NCBI RefSeq assembly: GCF_002571385.2
Contig: NW_019217852.1
Coordinates: 698,960-762,959, forward strand
From: Stylophora pistillata
Lineage: Eukaryota
Reading direction: 5' to 3'
DNA: 64,000 nt
Positions 37,434 through 50,900 of the stretch are shown here, piece by piece. The first letter of the stretch is position 1. Every line of letters begins with the position of its first letter. Below the pieces are notes generated by a model. It was not told the DNA's origin and did not search any database. It saw only the letters and a list, made by a program, of their open reading frames with translations. The position numbers and the translations under genes are program-made.

Positions 37434-40400
37434 GACCGAAGCAACATGATATAACATCTTATCAACTGTCTTCCCTGCGGGTAGAAATACAATGCACACT
37501 TCTCGTCGCCGCTTTTAAGATCTGCTTGAGCGTGAAGCTTAAAGCCACCACAAGAATGCAAAAAAAAAAAAAGATAAATTACCAAATTTCTCTGAAGCCA
37601 TATGGTAGCTTCTTGTTACTTGGTTACGACAGGTACCCAGCTCCCGATTGCAGTTTGAGCTGTTGATATCACTAGTATTTGCTTAAATCGTCTCAGCGAG
37701 TCTGTAGTTGAGACAATGACAATCCAAGTGTGCTTAGTATGGCTGAAAAAGGCTATTTCTGTATCTGTGCACAGTTAGTAGATCTGTGTGGTGACATAAC
37801 GTACGATCAACCTTTTCTCGTTCAAATATCTTTAAGCAAATATTATCTGATATTCGATCCCGGATGTTCACGACACTTTCAAATTTGACATAAAAGGATA
37901 AACCAAAATGATAAGCTATTTATCTGACAGATTTGTATGACAAAAAAACTTCTCTCAATGGTGACAAATGATCAAATACTTGTATAGTAAAACTGTGCTG
38001 ACAGATCTGTATGAAGTTTGAAGGATGGCAATTGTGCGACTAACGTAAACTGGTCTTAAGTGAGAGCATGATTGAAAGCTAATAATAATATCCAACTTTG
38101 TTGCCTGAATAAACATTGAAAATTAGTCTTGGCTGCGAGCAAAATTAAGTCTGATCAGCACGATGGATTGTTTAATATCCTTGGAGATTTTCTCTTTGGA
38201 GTAGTTCATTCGTTTTCGTTTCGCGAATTCTCTCTACTCCCTCCTTCCTGGCTCCTTTTTAGAGAATTGTTATGCATAACCAAAACTGGACCTAAACCTA
38301 TTTTTGTTTGGGAAACTCTTTCACATTCGACACATTTTCTATGAAGTCCCGTTAAGCACCTTAATTCTTTTTTTCTCCTACGCTTCAATCGCTTTGGTTG
38401 TTTTCTTATATCATATTGGTTCCTTTTCTGAGTGAGATTAGAATTGAGGATTTCAATCTATAGGCCACTAACAATTCATATTTGTATATATTTTCTTCTA
38501 ACAGGATGACTGAAGAACAAACCCCTTTGTTTTGGCATTGGCCACTTCTCTCAATGTGCTTGGGTCTGAGATGTGCTAGTGACGTGTCCGATCCAACGAC
38601 ACTTGCACAACAATATACGGTAACTAAGGTATTTCAACTCATTCTAGTTCGCATTGTTTTCAGAGGAATTTTTGTAAAGCATTTCCTCTCTCCAAGTGGC
38701 TTTTTCTTTGTTTTTCTGTTGTGATTATTTTTTTTAGTCTTAGCTCACGGGGTACCGATTAGCACTGAGAGGTCGGCCTTAAAGCCTAAAAGCCTAGAGA
38801 GTCGCTTCTCCGTAGAAGTCGAGGAATGAGGATAGGCCAAAAAACCTCAAGAGAACCCTTATCAGTATCTCGATTGTTTATTCAAGTTACAGACCGATCT
38901 TGCAACTCACCTCGACATTGACTTGTGCAACGTTACGAACTTTCATCGCTCGAAGGCCAAATTTTAGACTGCACAGTGTCTCGTTGACATCACGAAAAGA
39001 AGGAGAAACACAAACCTACAAAGTAGAATAGGATCGGATTCAGGCTTCGAACATTTTCAGAAGGAGGACAAAAACTGAACTCAAGTAAATTGCGCTTATC
39101 TCGCTGATATGAGTTCAGAACACCTAAATTCAGTTCTGAGGTAAATAACAAAGTTACACTGTCAGCATGTAATGAAATGTGTAACAAACACGATTATATA
39201 CTATAGCTTGGTTATATACTATAACTTGGTTATGTACTATAACGTGGTTATGTACTATAACTTGGTTATGTACTATAACTTGGTTATGTACTTTAACTTG
39301 GTTATGTACTATAACTTGGTTATGTACTTTAACTTGGTTATGTACTATAACTTGGTTATGTACTATAACTTGGTTAAAAAATTGAGCAAACCAGTCTTGT
39401 GAGCCGGGGACTGAGGATGTACTTACAATTAAACTGGTTTTGGAGTTTCCATCTAAGCCGTCCTGTAGCAGCCTTGTTAGTGTTGAGTTCCTGTATGGAA
39501 TATGACGCTTGGTGCCTTCAGCTAAAGCTTGAATCACATTCCTGAAACAATCGATACTTCACCTTGAAAATGGAATATATTTGTACTTCCTGACTTCATA
39601 TCCTGTCATAAATTATTCCAGATCACGTTGAGCTAATCAAGAATGGAAGCAATATAGTGTAATGTGTAGGAGATGGTACAACTCTCTATTTCAAAGGCTT
39701 TTCTTCTCTTCTGGCATAAACATTGTCCCCAGAATCGTCACTCATCTCGTCGACGCGTTCAGGTGAACACTGAAAGTGTTCCTCCCATAGCCAAGAAACA
39801 AAATAACCAGTTGTGTTTGTTATTACGTGTGAGTAGTAGATAAGGATTGTTTGGGTTTATAGTGTAGAGACAAAGCGCCCGGGAGGAACACTTAGTTGGG
39901 CTCCGATTCATACAATATAAGAACTTCTATCAAGAAGCGGATGTTTCGTTCTGCATCATCGAATATTTTTAATTTTTTTTCCAGTATTCACGCCACACAC
40001 TTAAGGAAAATTTACCAACGCGATCAATGAGTTATGTCCAAAGAAGATTATGTGATAGAACATTGACACTTTCCCAGCATAAAGTACAGCACGTGTAACT
40101 GAAATACGAACTTGAATGAATAATTCGCCCCAGTCAAAAACTCTTAATTTGTGGTCAGAGATAATATAATAATATGAGAATTGATCATTGACGTGAGCTA
40201 GAAATATTGGCCATAAGAAGATACAATATAGCAACTGTGTACTTAAATATCCTCCATAATTTCTCTCTTTTTTTTTCTGTTTACGTAGATCCCTGATAGA
40301 AGAATAAAAACAAGGTCACCCCAGGTTAAAATTGAGCAAGCAAGGGAGCTTAAAATAAATTAGCAAAACAATCGCAAACACGTCGTATTGGTTCAAAAAT

Positions 40401-43400
40401 TGGTGAATTATTGGTGAGGCGTAGCAGCGTCTTACTAACTTACCCCAGCTCCAGAAGAGAGGAATTGATACTCTGTGCTTCTTGGAGTCGTTCTCCTTCA
40501 GCCTTGGTCTTCTTCACCCTCTCACTTCCTGCTAGATCGCAGCTGCGAATGGAAATATTGTGAAACAAAATCGTTGGACATAAGAAAACGGGGATAACCT
40601 CACATAATGCTTACAATAAACAGGTCTCCGCCACGATATCTTGAGCAATTTCAGAATTTAGAAAACTTTTCAAAACTATATAAAAACTTGAAATAATGAT
40701 TCACTGAGAAAGATTAGCATCACACAAATAAGCATATACCTGAAATAACATAGGATTGTTGAGGATGGGAAAGATAGACTCGGATTGTTGTTGGCGCAAA
40801 ACTTAAAAAAATCGACGCTTAAGTTGTCAGGATGCACAAATCATGACAATCGTAATCCCTTTCAATATATCCTTTGACTTTTTACGCAATTGTAAACTTT
40901 TCTATCACGAGGATTTTCGTTGTGAAACTGTGTCGGGCCTGATCGGTAAAATGTCTTCTTACGTTAAAACACTTGCATGAACTTTATATGCTTGTACGCT
41001 TTCATGTTGCCGGAATTCTACTGAACCGGAATTGCAGAAATCAGAACAAAATATCAAGGCGAAGATATTGACGTTACTAAATGTGGGTGCGCCCAGAATA
41101 ATTCAAACGCAGTTGAAAAAATATCAGATCCTTAATCTATCGCTCAAGCTTCCATACGCCAAAGATAAATTAGCATTGGCGTCAAATAGAAAGAAGGTAA
41201 AGGATGAAATTCGAAGCCATACAAACTGTCGTGTTTACTGACCTCTCGTATCCTTGTCTGCAATTGTTTGCCTAGGTTTAATCTTTCAGGGGATAGAACT
41301 TGAAACCGAAAGTGAGTAGCAGAAAGGACATAAAAGAACTTTGATTTGAATAGCTATTCGCAAAGCGCAAGTTGCTCATACCTATTTTTTTTTAGTATCA
41401 AGATCATTTATGAATTATACTCAATTTGAATTCCATGTTTGAGGAAAAGCAGTATTGTGGCCAACAAACACCGTTTTTCCGCCAATCAGCAAATAGGGCA
41501 AGTCCTTTTTCTGCCTTATTCCTCAATCTAGTAGACATTTTTTTATGACAAAAAGAAATGGTTTCTTTAAATGATTTTCTGCTGCATGTATAATACATCA
41601 TCGGAGAACAAAGATACCCAGTCTTCGAAAACTTGAACCACTAAATCATTTATCTGCTCCGAGTAATAATACTGAAGAAAAACGAAAAATTTTATAAACG
41701 ACATATTGCCTCGTATGTGGTTTCCTACGACGGCAACCTAAACCAAAACCGGTCGTTAACAAGGCCGCAGCAGAAGGTGAAATATTGTGATAACTTGTGA
41801 TAGTGCGCCACAACGATCAAACCATTTCCGTAAAGCGTGATTCGTGCTTTGCACTCGTCCGTAAAATTGCTGCAATGCACTGAGTTAGGCGTAGCGTGAG
41901 ATGAGCGCAAAAATTCAAACACCGGCAAAACCTGGTGCCAACTACACTCACCACGATTACTTTAAACGGACCAAAGAGCAAACGTCAAGCGAACAGGAAC
42001 AATCAGCGCAAACGAAGCAGAAATGAATGAAAAAAATGAGAAAGAGGAAGAAGAAGGGAAAGAAAGGAAAAGAACAGTAACGGGATACTTACACGTAAAG
42101 TTTTCCTCTGACCGCGGCTAAACCATAAGTTTGAGATGAAATTTTCGAAAGCATTTCTTCATCCTCCTATGTGAAAAAACAAAACAAAACAAAACAAAAA
42201 AGGAACAAAAAAGAAATAAACAGCACTTAATCAATATGCAATCACTTTATACTGACCGATAATTAAACTAAGATTACATGCATGTGTTATGTTGTCGACT
42301 TTAGGAGAATCTGTACCTAAAAGTTTGCTTATGATTACCATGGCCATTAAAAGTCAGTTTCGAAGTCCATTACAGTGAATGGTGGTCGCGTTCATTGATC
42401 TTGTACGATTTATGTAAGTCTAAAATTCTTTAGAATGTAAAAGAGAGTAGATCATTTTTACAACAGAGAAAAAAAAGGGAACATTTACCATTGGTAAACC
42501 ACGTTTATTCAGAACTGGACAGAAAAAATTTATTAAAAAAAGACTTACATCGAAGTGATCAGAAGAACCTAAGCCTTCCACAGAGCCGCTTTCACTTGAA
42601 TACTCTGTGTCTGAGGTTCCTGATATATAATAAGACTCGTAACTACTAAAGGAGTCTGTTATTCCTGCAATAAAGAGAAAACAAGAGTGATTTCAAGGCT
42701 GCAAACTTGCGAGATATCAACTGGAGAAAATACTAATGGCGATGCATTTTTTTCCTTTGGAATTTCAAGGCAATGATGAAGGAATCAATTAAACCAAAAA
42801 GGGAAGGGACAAAAGATTGAAAATCAAACCGATGACTGAACTAATAAGCTACAAAGGTCAAGTACAACGTTATTTCCTAAAACAATTATCACCTCCATAG
42901 CGACGTGGAACACTTAGCCTTTCGATTTTAAGTAGACAAACGGCATGAGATCTGCAAGAAAAAAAAAACGAAAGGGGATTAAAATACGTAAGAAAGCTCA
43001 TCGCGTTTATGATGCTATGTGGTAGCAAGCGGGTGCAATTGACGTACACTTAATTGTTTTTTTTTAGTCAGATAGTCAATTGATCGGTGGGTCGATCAAT
43101 CAGTCAGTGAGCCATCTTAAAATGGAATTAATTTTTTTTAGCCTTTCACAAACCTGCTGGAGTGTCGATTCATTTTAGTCTCGGCAATGGCAAGTTTCTT
43201 TTTGCCAGACTTCAACAATTTACAAATCTCCTCTGGACTCTTGACAAAGTATTCAGATAAGTTATCCACGTAAACTCCTACGACAAATAGAAGAATCAGA
43301 ATGAACACATAACCAATCCAAGGTTCTAGCCTATTATGCACATTGCCACTTTAGATGAGAGCTTCTTGACGTCAAATCTAGTCGGGGAAGCTCTCTCTGC

Positions 43401-46400
43401 CTAGTGTTCCTTGTTATTATGACACTCCCCCCTCCCAGACATTGTGAAATGCTTTCAGCTTACAGTTTACTTTATGATAGTTTCTTTACCTTTTTTAGGA
43501 TGTTCTCTCAAGTAAACTTCCGTCCCGGATTTTTCAGAGCCTAGCAAATCGTAAACTCGTGCCTGGTATATCTGCAAGTAGGAACATGTCACCTAGAAAA
43601 CAAAACAAAAACAAAAAAGGTTGCAGAAGGCAATGGCTATAACATTTGCAAATGGTGGGAGTGTAGCACACTCGTGTAGATTGGAAACAGTTTCAGTATA
43701 TCTCTTTGTTAGCTCTTGCGCTCCACTCTCGTTATTTTCATTGATCGGTTTGCATGTTTTTAAGTGGCAGAATACTGATATTAGACTAAGTTTCTTCCAT
43801 TTGGAGGATACTTTTTCAAGAAAAGTGCACTTCAGTCAAGCAGGGTCAAGCGCAAAAACTGTGAATGTTCTACAAAAAGGGAGGCATGTTGAATTTTCCT
43901 GTTCATTGAGGAGTGCATCCTTTACTGTGATGTATTGAATTGGATTTGCGGTTTTTATAATAATTAAACACTTAAATGGATGATTGATCAATCACTGAAT
44001 CAGTAATTGAGTGAATCAATCAATCAATCGATCGATCAGTCAGTTAGTCAACAAATTAGATGAATGAAGGGCTGTTCATCTCCTCCAAATTATTGAAGAT
44101 AACTGGTAGGTCTTGGGAAGTAATTCATATGAACTTATTTTTAGAGGAACCGTAAAAAACTACCTTCAATAACAACAAGCACAAAAATCATTCTATTATG
44201 TGACTTTTTAGGCTTACCGCGTATGAATGTGCAACGTCTTTATCGATCAGAGCGAACATATGCGATACGACACTGGTTGTTAATCCGTCTGTAGCCATTA
44301 GGGTGTGTGTTTTACCTGTAAGTGTAAAATTGTACATAGCAAAAGGTTATCGATCTCTCTTGATGAAAGACGAATCAAAGATAAACTGTTTCTTTGCGTT
44401 TTCATATAGTTTCCTTGAGACTGTTCCAACATTGCTACTTATATCACGCTGTTCTTTATGGAAGCTCCCAAAAAAATTTTGCATATCCGTGGTCACACAG
44501 AAACGGCGGGGCCTGGGGGTTGGAAGTTACTTCTGTGTTGGCTCACAGTCTCTCCCACTTTCTACAAGCAATAAAGTTCATCAGTTCTCAAATTGAGTGT
44601 TACCGTAATTTTCACCATCCTTTAAAACTGCAGCTCAGATAATTTGCTTCGCGGTTTGCACAGTCACGCTTTCCAACCTCATGCAACTAGAAGACTCAAG
44701 ACGCTTCGCAATTTAAAGCTCTGGGAAGGTAGAATTTTCTTTAAGTACCTGCTCCAGTTTGTCCGTATGCCATCAAAATCCCATTTAGGCCGGTCATGGA
44801 GGCTTCCACCAAGGGCTTACCAACAACCTGATACACCTTGAAGGACATCGGAACACGTATTGAGCACCCAGCTAAATTTTTAGTCACAAACATAACCTAA
44901 ACTTGTGGTTGCACTTAGTTATGCTTGATGGTGTGTTGTGCATCAAAGAAAACATAACAATGTTGCAAGATTCAAGTAGTTGTTTGACAGACATAGAAAA
45001 CGATAAAGGGCGTGATATTGTGAGTGAAAGGACTACAGAATGTTATTTCAAGCCACTTCGAACATATACCTCATCGTTTTCGGCATCTGGTGGTAATACT
45101 TGGTCAAATTGAAAGATTTTCTCTCTCTTACCATCCATCACATGAACCTATTTGATAAAATAAACTAGATTTGATAAAAATCGCAAAGAAAGAGTACGCT
45201 GGCAAAAATTTGAGGTCTCGTAAGGATACACTATTTCTTCTGGATTATTCAGGGATTGGTGTGAATTCGGTGAAATGAGGTGGTTCTAAGCTAAGTCAAT
45301 ATTCTATGTAAAAAGCTGCCACTATCATAGCTAACTCAGTCACTGATTTGGGTTAGAGAACGTTTGTGGCGAATGGGAATCAGTCGCTGTAAATTTGAAA
45401 TGGGTGAGAATTAAAGGACAGTATTACAGCAGCCGAGCTCTGTGTGCTATTCGGTACTCACCCGTAGCCTTTTATTGTATTTGCAGTTTCGTTTGATTAT
45501 TATTTTTTTTATTATATACACCTGAGTCAGGTTATCATTTTCCGCGCTAACTGCTCCTTTTCCATCCAAGCTTCTGACGTCACTCTCAACCAGAGGACGA
45601 ATCCTGACATAAACTTGAACCCTGCCTGTTCCTTCTTCTTCAAATACGTCTGAACCTTAATAAAAATATTCAAACATTTATTTCTACGACACACTTTCTA
45701 CTCAGTGTTTACACATTTTCTTTAAACACCACTGCCAGTGAGAGTCTTGGGTTTAAGCCTTTTAGCCCGAGGAGTGACAAGTATGTAATTTTTCCTTTAA
45801 TGAGTATCGCACTTGAATGATACATTGAAGTCATAAGAATTAGGAAATGATCGCGAACTAAACAAGCTATTGATTATTAAGCAAATTCTCCTTGTCAGTA
45901 CCATGAAAAATGTATAGAGAACAGTATGGAGAATATGCATAGTGATGTGAGGGTGTCAAGGGTTAGTGACGTCATTGCTGAAGAGGTTAAGTTGCTCTGC
46001 ATTGGGATTTCCGTTTTGGGTAAGCATAAAAATAGAGTACTTAAACTGGAATTTTAATTCAAAAGATAATTGGAGCTTAAAACTGGCGTTATCTTTGCTA
46101 TCAGGTTCGATAATCATTTCAAGTTTTAACTTAAGTCTTACAAGTAAAAGACTTTGAAAGACAAGGCCACCCACATCCTGAATGACCCTTGCGGTCTAAC
46201 TTTATGAGCATAAGACATTCACAAGGATCCCACAACTCATTGATCACAAAACACGGTAACATTAGATCTCTTTCTCTCTGAGAAAAAAAAAAAACGTCTG
46301 CTAAGTCTGGATGGTTAGTAACTTTGCCTAGAGCTCTTGATGGTAAATTGTACACCAATCATACTAGAGCCCTTCAGACTCATATTCGATATTTAAGGTT

Positions 46401-47903
46401 TGGCAATTTTTAGCCCTCCTGGTTTCAGCTTGTCTTTCCTCTAATTCCTTTTTTTTGTTTTACAGCAATCATCTCGTAGTCGCCTGTTAAATTACCAATT
46501 ACGTAACAGGTCCATCGAACATAAATAAGGCCAAGGGCATGAAAATTTTAAGAATGTCTCGCGCGCTGACAGATACAGTTTACAGGACGAAAGGTGGAAA
46601 CCTCCAGAATTTTAAACTAATTATCTAATTAACTTTTATGCTTGCTTTCATTTGGTCAAACAGAAAATCTCATTAAGTTTAAAAATAAAAATAAGTGGTT
46701 GTCCGCTGAAAGGAAGAAAATATGGGCACACGTACACCTTAAAAGTTTTTCTTTTGTTTATTTAATTGTTTATTTGTTTGTTTGTTTGTATTCTGTATTG
46801 CAGGATGCTTTCACCCACAAAAAAATCTTCCAAAACCAAAGTAGAAGCAGGATGATTAAGAAATGAAAAGATTTACAAGGATTTTAAATCCCGAACCTGA
46901 TCACTGCAAAGTTAAGGTTGCACGAAACTTGACCTTATAAGGAAGTCCTGTTAAAAAAGGAAATGACTGGGGGACTTTTACTTTTTACAACGGCGAAATG
47001 CTTATTTCAATAAATTGTCGGTATTCATGAAGATTAGATAGCAGCTCAGATTGGGAGACACTATCAATCTGATAAACCTCTTAATCACTCACTGTGTAAA
47101 CAAAACTCGCCTGAAATTTTACATCTGCTTATCATGGCTACTAAAACTGACTTCTGTTGTTAAAAAACAAGCCGTAATTGTTCCTTTACCGTCTCCAGTG
47201 GTGATATATGTAGGAAATACAATGATTCTTTTAACGTGAAAAACGATGATTGATGTTTTGAGACATTTTTGAGAGAATTCTTATTCACAGAAGTACTTGC
47301 ATGTCCAAAGCGCCGATACGTATTCCAATGGTACATAATTTTAAAAGGCAATCCTCTTGTTAAGATAAAGTTACTAAGTATTTTGAACACCTTTTCCCTT
47401 CAAATGCTGCGCTTTCAATACAGAAAGTAAAGGAACAGAAGAAAAGATTGCCTAAAATGCTAGTTTACAATGTGTCAAAGCCTTTCGAAAGTGTTACATA
47501 TCTCCTGTTTAATTCAATACCCGATTTCAAACTGGGAGAGGAATGTTAGGGCTTCGTGGAACAGAAACCCTATAGTAGAAGCCGTAGTCCGCAAGTAAAT
47601 ATGCGATAAAATTTTTGTATTTAAAAGGGATTAAATTTAAAGAAAAAGTTTTAAGCTTTCTATTTACTGCTATTGTACAATTTCACTTTTGTCGCTTAAC
47701 TATTATATACATAATAATTCGACTTGCAGACAATGATTATCCCAAATTAAAAAAACCAATCGTTTCACCGAAATGGTCTCAAGAAAAACATCAAAGCTTT
47801 AAAATAAACAAACCCACCTCGAGAATTCTGCCGTCTCATCTTCTTTAAGAGCTTTATAATTCAGTTAATTCCTACTATTCTGTCGTTATGTATCATTACC
47901 CAT
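26986..47903 (-). CDS. Kinesin-like protein: N-terminal motor domain, neck and stalk (divergent, family unassigned)
   Basis: Exons 47903-47900 (ATGG), 45655-45522, 45147-45070, 44836-44749, 44315-44218, 43592-43490, 43277-43154, 42951-42893, 42664-42549, 42166-42093, 40542-40444, 39541-39427, 39015-38911, 35274-35223, 28809-28712, 28184-27939, 27544-27427 and 27293-~26986, all phase-compatible. Motifs: VYVRIRP, FQFDQV, P-loop [12 protein letters not shown], switch I MNRHSSRSH, switch [49 protein letters not shown]. In-frame TAA at 27217-27219. Confidence 0.92.
29940..30240. repeat. Interspersed repeat family; related segments at ~49030-49175 and ~49850-50150
   Basis: Shared motifs ATGGTGATGT..TATG(C/T)GT, AACCAATCAAAA, GTCAAAAT(G/A)TG(G/A)TAAGAAC and GAGTGT(GT)CACT. 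Confidence 0.55.
30900..31035 (-). CDS. Candidate alternative first coding exon of the kinesin locus (motor-less isoform)
   Basis: ATG at 31035 (GCCATGG context), 45 open codons MDFSQRK...LEHAAK and a phase-1 donor AAG|GTATGA compatible with the phase-1 acceptor at 28809. Confidence 0.5.
36525..36860 (-). mobile_element. 3' end of an L2/CR1-type LINE with an (ATT)n microsatellite tail
   Basis: Minus-strand CTGAAAAGCCCCTTATGGGGGGAGCTTCAATCAA stem-loop followed by ~20 ATT units (36540-36602). Confidence 0.6.
39194..39376. repeat. 18-bp intronic minisatellite, ~10 copies
   Basis: Unit TATAACTTGGTTATGTAC repeated head to tail with few variants and no spacers. Confidence 0.95.
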
Positions 47904-50900
47904 TTCTGCCGCGAACACAACAGTCTGCAGGAATTCCCTTCCAGCTTCTAGGAAATATTTCTACTGTACGACAGTCATGTGAACTCAGAAACGTAAGAGG
48001 GTTGTAACGAAATACCGGGGATGAGTGAATGGTGACACCAAGATCAGTGATTTTTGATTCGGCGGAGGAAATAAAATACCATTGGCTAATAATCGTATGT
48101 TATCTTGGTTTGCATGTCACTGATACGACTCCATATTTCAGTGCTAAGGAGAAGTGTGCAGACAGGTTTTGATTTTCTGTCAGATGACAACTGGCCACAA
48201 GGGGAACCAAAACCGAATCATTTTATCTATCCATTTTTAGAGAAGAATTCCATCGAGGAGTAGATTTTTGTCTTTTTAAACGTAAAACTCGACAATAGTC
48301 GTTGACAATTGACACAGTTCATAAGTCAACTTCGCTGTCAAGTGTTAAGAATTTTCGAAAAGGATTTTTCTTTACTGACTGCATACCATGTGTGTATCAT
48401 GAACCTTCATGGAACCACATTTTACAGACGAATATCGACACATATGGGTCACAGTGTCGTCCAATGTCAGATCTCAGACAGGTATAAAGGGACCATTCAT
48501 TGTTTGTCTCCTGGTAAGGGGGGAGGGGTGGGGATTCGGAGGACTTTTGTTGTGTTATGCTTCCCCCGCTCCCACTAACTCGACACTGACTGAACTAGTC
48601 CCTAAGTCGAGGCGGCATGCTGGTGACGTCAGTATTGAGGCAGAATCCCTCTAAGGTCCTCAAAGTGTACGTCAGTTATTGGCCATACATGAGGTAAAAA
48701 CGGCTGATATTGGTTATTTATTTATTTTTTTTGCTTTTAATATGTATCGAGGCGAAACCAAGGTCAAATAACGTACTAACAAAAAAAACGAACTACAACG
48801 AGGCCAATATCTAACTATTCTCTCCAAATCACTGAGTTTACTTATAGGGGTCCACATATATGCATGCAACTCTAAAAGTTACGCCAAAACAAATAATTTC
48901 CCTTTTTCGATAACAAGGCAGAATGAGCTGTATGAGTTAATATTGTCTGTGTGTTTACCAGGCGATAACGTAGAATTCGCTCTCGAAAGCTTGCCAAAAA
49001 AACTTGTGACTCATAGCGTGGAAAGATATTTAATAGCTCACACGATGTCAAAATATGATAAGAACAAAGGAGTAACACGAGTGAGGCGCAGCCGAGTGTG
49101 TCACTCTGGTCAATGTACTTACCAAACTTTGACGTACTCTCTGATTTATTCCTGATCAGACGCACGACAACACATTACGTAACTTGTTCTTAAATCATCA
49201 CGAGTTGTACTTTCATCACTGACAGCAGTTCGCTACACTAAGTCGCTAGTTGATAGAAGGGAAGGGAAAGTTATCCTTTCTTGGTTCCTATTAGTAAAGA
49301 TGGTTTTTTTTCGGTATAACTTTAATAGAGGACTCAGCCGACTTTTTAAGGTAGTAATAAACTTTCATTTATTCAAGTGTCAATACACTTTAGAGGTTAT
49401 TTTCTTGAGCGTGGGACGATAATAAAGAATGAATCTATCGCATCAACGCTCTCAATAGATATAGCTACATGCAAAAGAACAATTGATAGATACGATACGT
49501 ACCTCTGATAATTTTCAGGTCAATATAAAGCAACGATACAGAAAGTATAATCTCCGTGCCACGTAAATCTGGAAGAGCCTGGGTACTATTCACCGATTAG
49601 ATTACGAGCTCAAGATTTCTATCGCATGATAGTTCAATTAGGGCGAAGCACTCGACAATTATCACGTGATAGAAATCGAGAGTAAATGCACGTAATCTAA
49701 TTGTTTAGTATATACTTATTCAACAGCAAGAAAAGCTCATGTTTTTATTTGTGTTTTTTGTTTGTTTGTTTGTTTGTTTTTTTTTTGCCGCATTCTGACC
49801 TATTATCGAATTGATAGCGAGTATGGAAGCCAATCAGATTGCAGCACTAGCAAATAGATTTCATGTTGCCGTGTGTTCATTCAATAACAGATCACAAATG
49901 ACGTCAAAATGTGGTAAGAACGAAAAAGTGGCCACACAAGGCGTAGCCGGGAGTGTCACTGATGTGATCACCACATTAATTAGGACTTCATCTTGCATCT
50001 GCGATATATTACTGAATGGAACGGATCCATGGCAACATAGGATCTATTTGTCTTATGCGGTAAAAAGCAAAAATTGTTAATGGTGATGTAAGTTATGCGT
50101 GAGTACTCCGATAAACCATAAGAATGAACCAATCAAAATGTTTGTTTATATTTATTTGCTATAGTACGCTATTAGTATCATAATAAATACATGAACGCTT
50201 GTATTTACTTGATTCTAAGGGGGAGAAAGGAAAAAGGACCTTATCATCGTTATTTTCCAGATAGATCAGTATATCTGGACTGAACATCGGAAGCGCGAAA
50301 TTACCAAGACTTTTTTAACAACAGCAATTCTTCTCGTTTCAAAATCCTTTGCTCTCCTACCCCTCCCTTCATTATATATTTGTTCCTCAGACCACTCGTC
50401 TTTCCTGGAACTAGAGGAAGTGACTTCGGTCCGATCAAGATACAACGTAGAGCTCGCGCCTTGATATTGAATGCGGATATACTCCATTTAGGGATAGTTT
50501 GTTATCACGAAAGTCAATAGGAGGGTTAAAGATGCATAGAGGAAGCCTTAAATAAACTTTGTAGGCGTAAAAAAACTTCATTATCCGATTAGAAGTGGTA
50601 TGCCGAAGGACGCTGGGAAGTAACCAAGGTTTTCGTTCGGTAAGTCAGACATAACTTTGGTTTCTGTCCGGAAAACTATATAAATCAGAAAGTGCAATTA
50701 TTTGATTCAATACGGTTGCAGGTGTTTCTCTGTTCTTTAGTATATAATTGTAGGTTCAGAAGAATCAAATGATGAATAGGAATTCTCACTAAGACGCGTG
50801 ACTTTCAATCTTAATGAGCAGGCGATTTTTTGAACATAAAATTGGTTTGTTTTGTTGTCATGCGAGGGAAATGGCTTGTTTGAGTGATATTGTTTGTCAT

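Noticed and set aside
39194-39376. CRISPR-like array or loxP-like ATAACTT repeats
   Set aside because: The units are contiguous with no unique spacers, there are no cas or recombinase genes, and the context is a eukaryotic intron.
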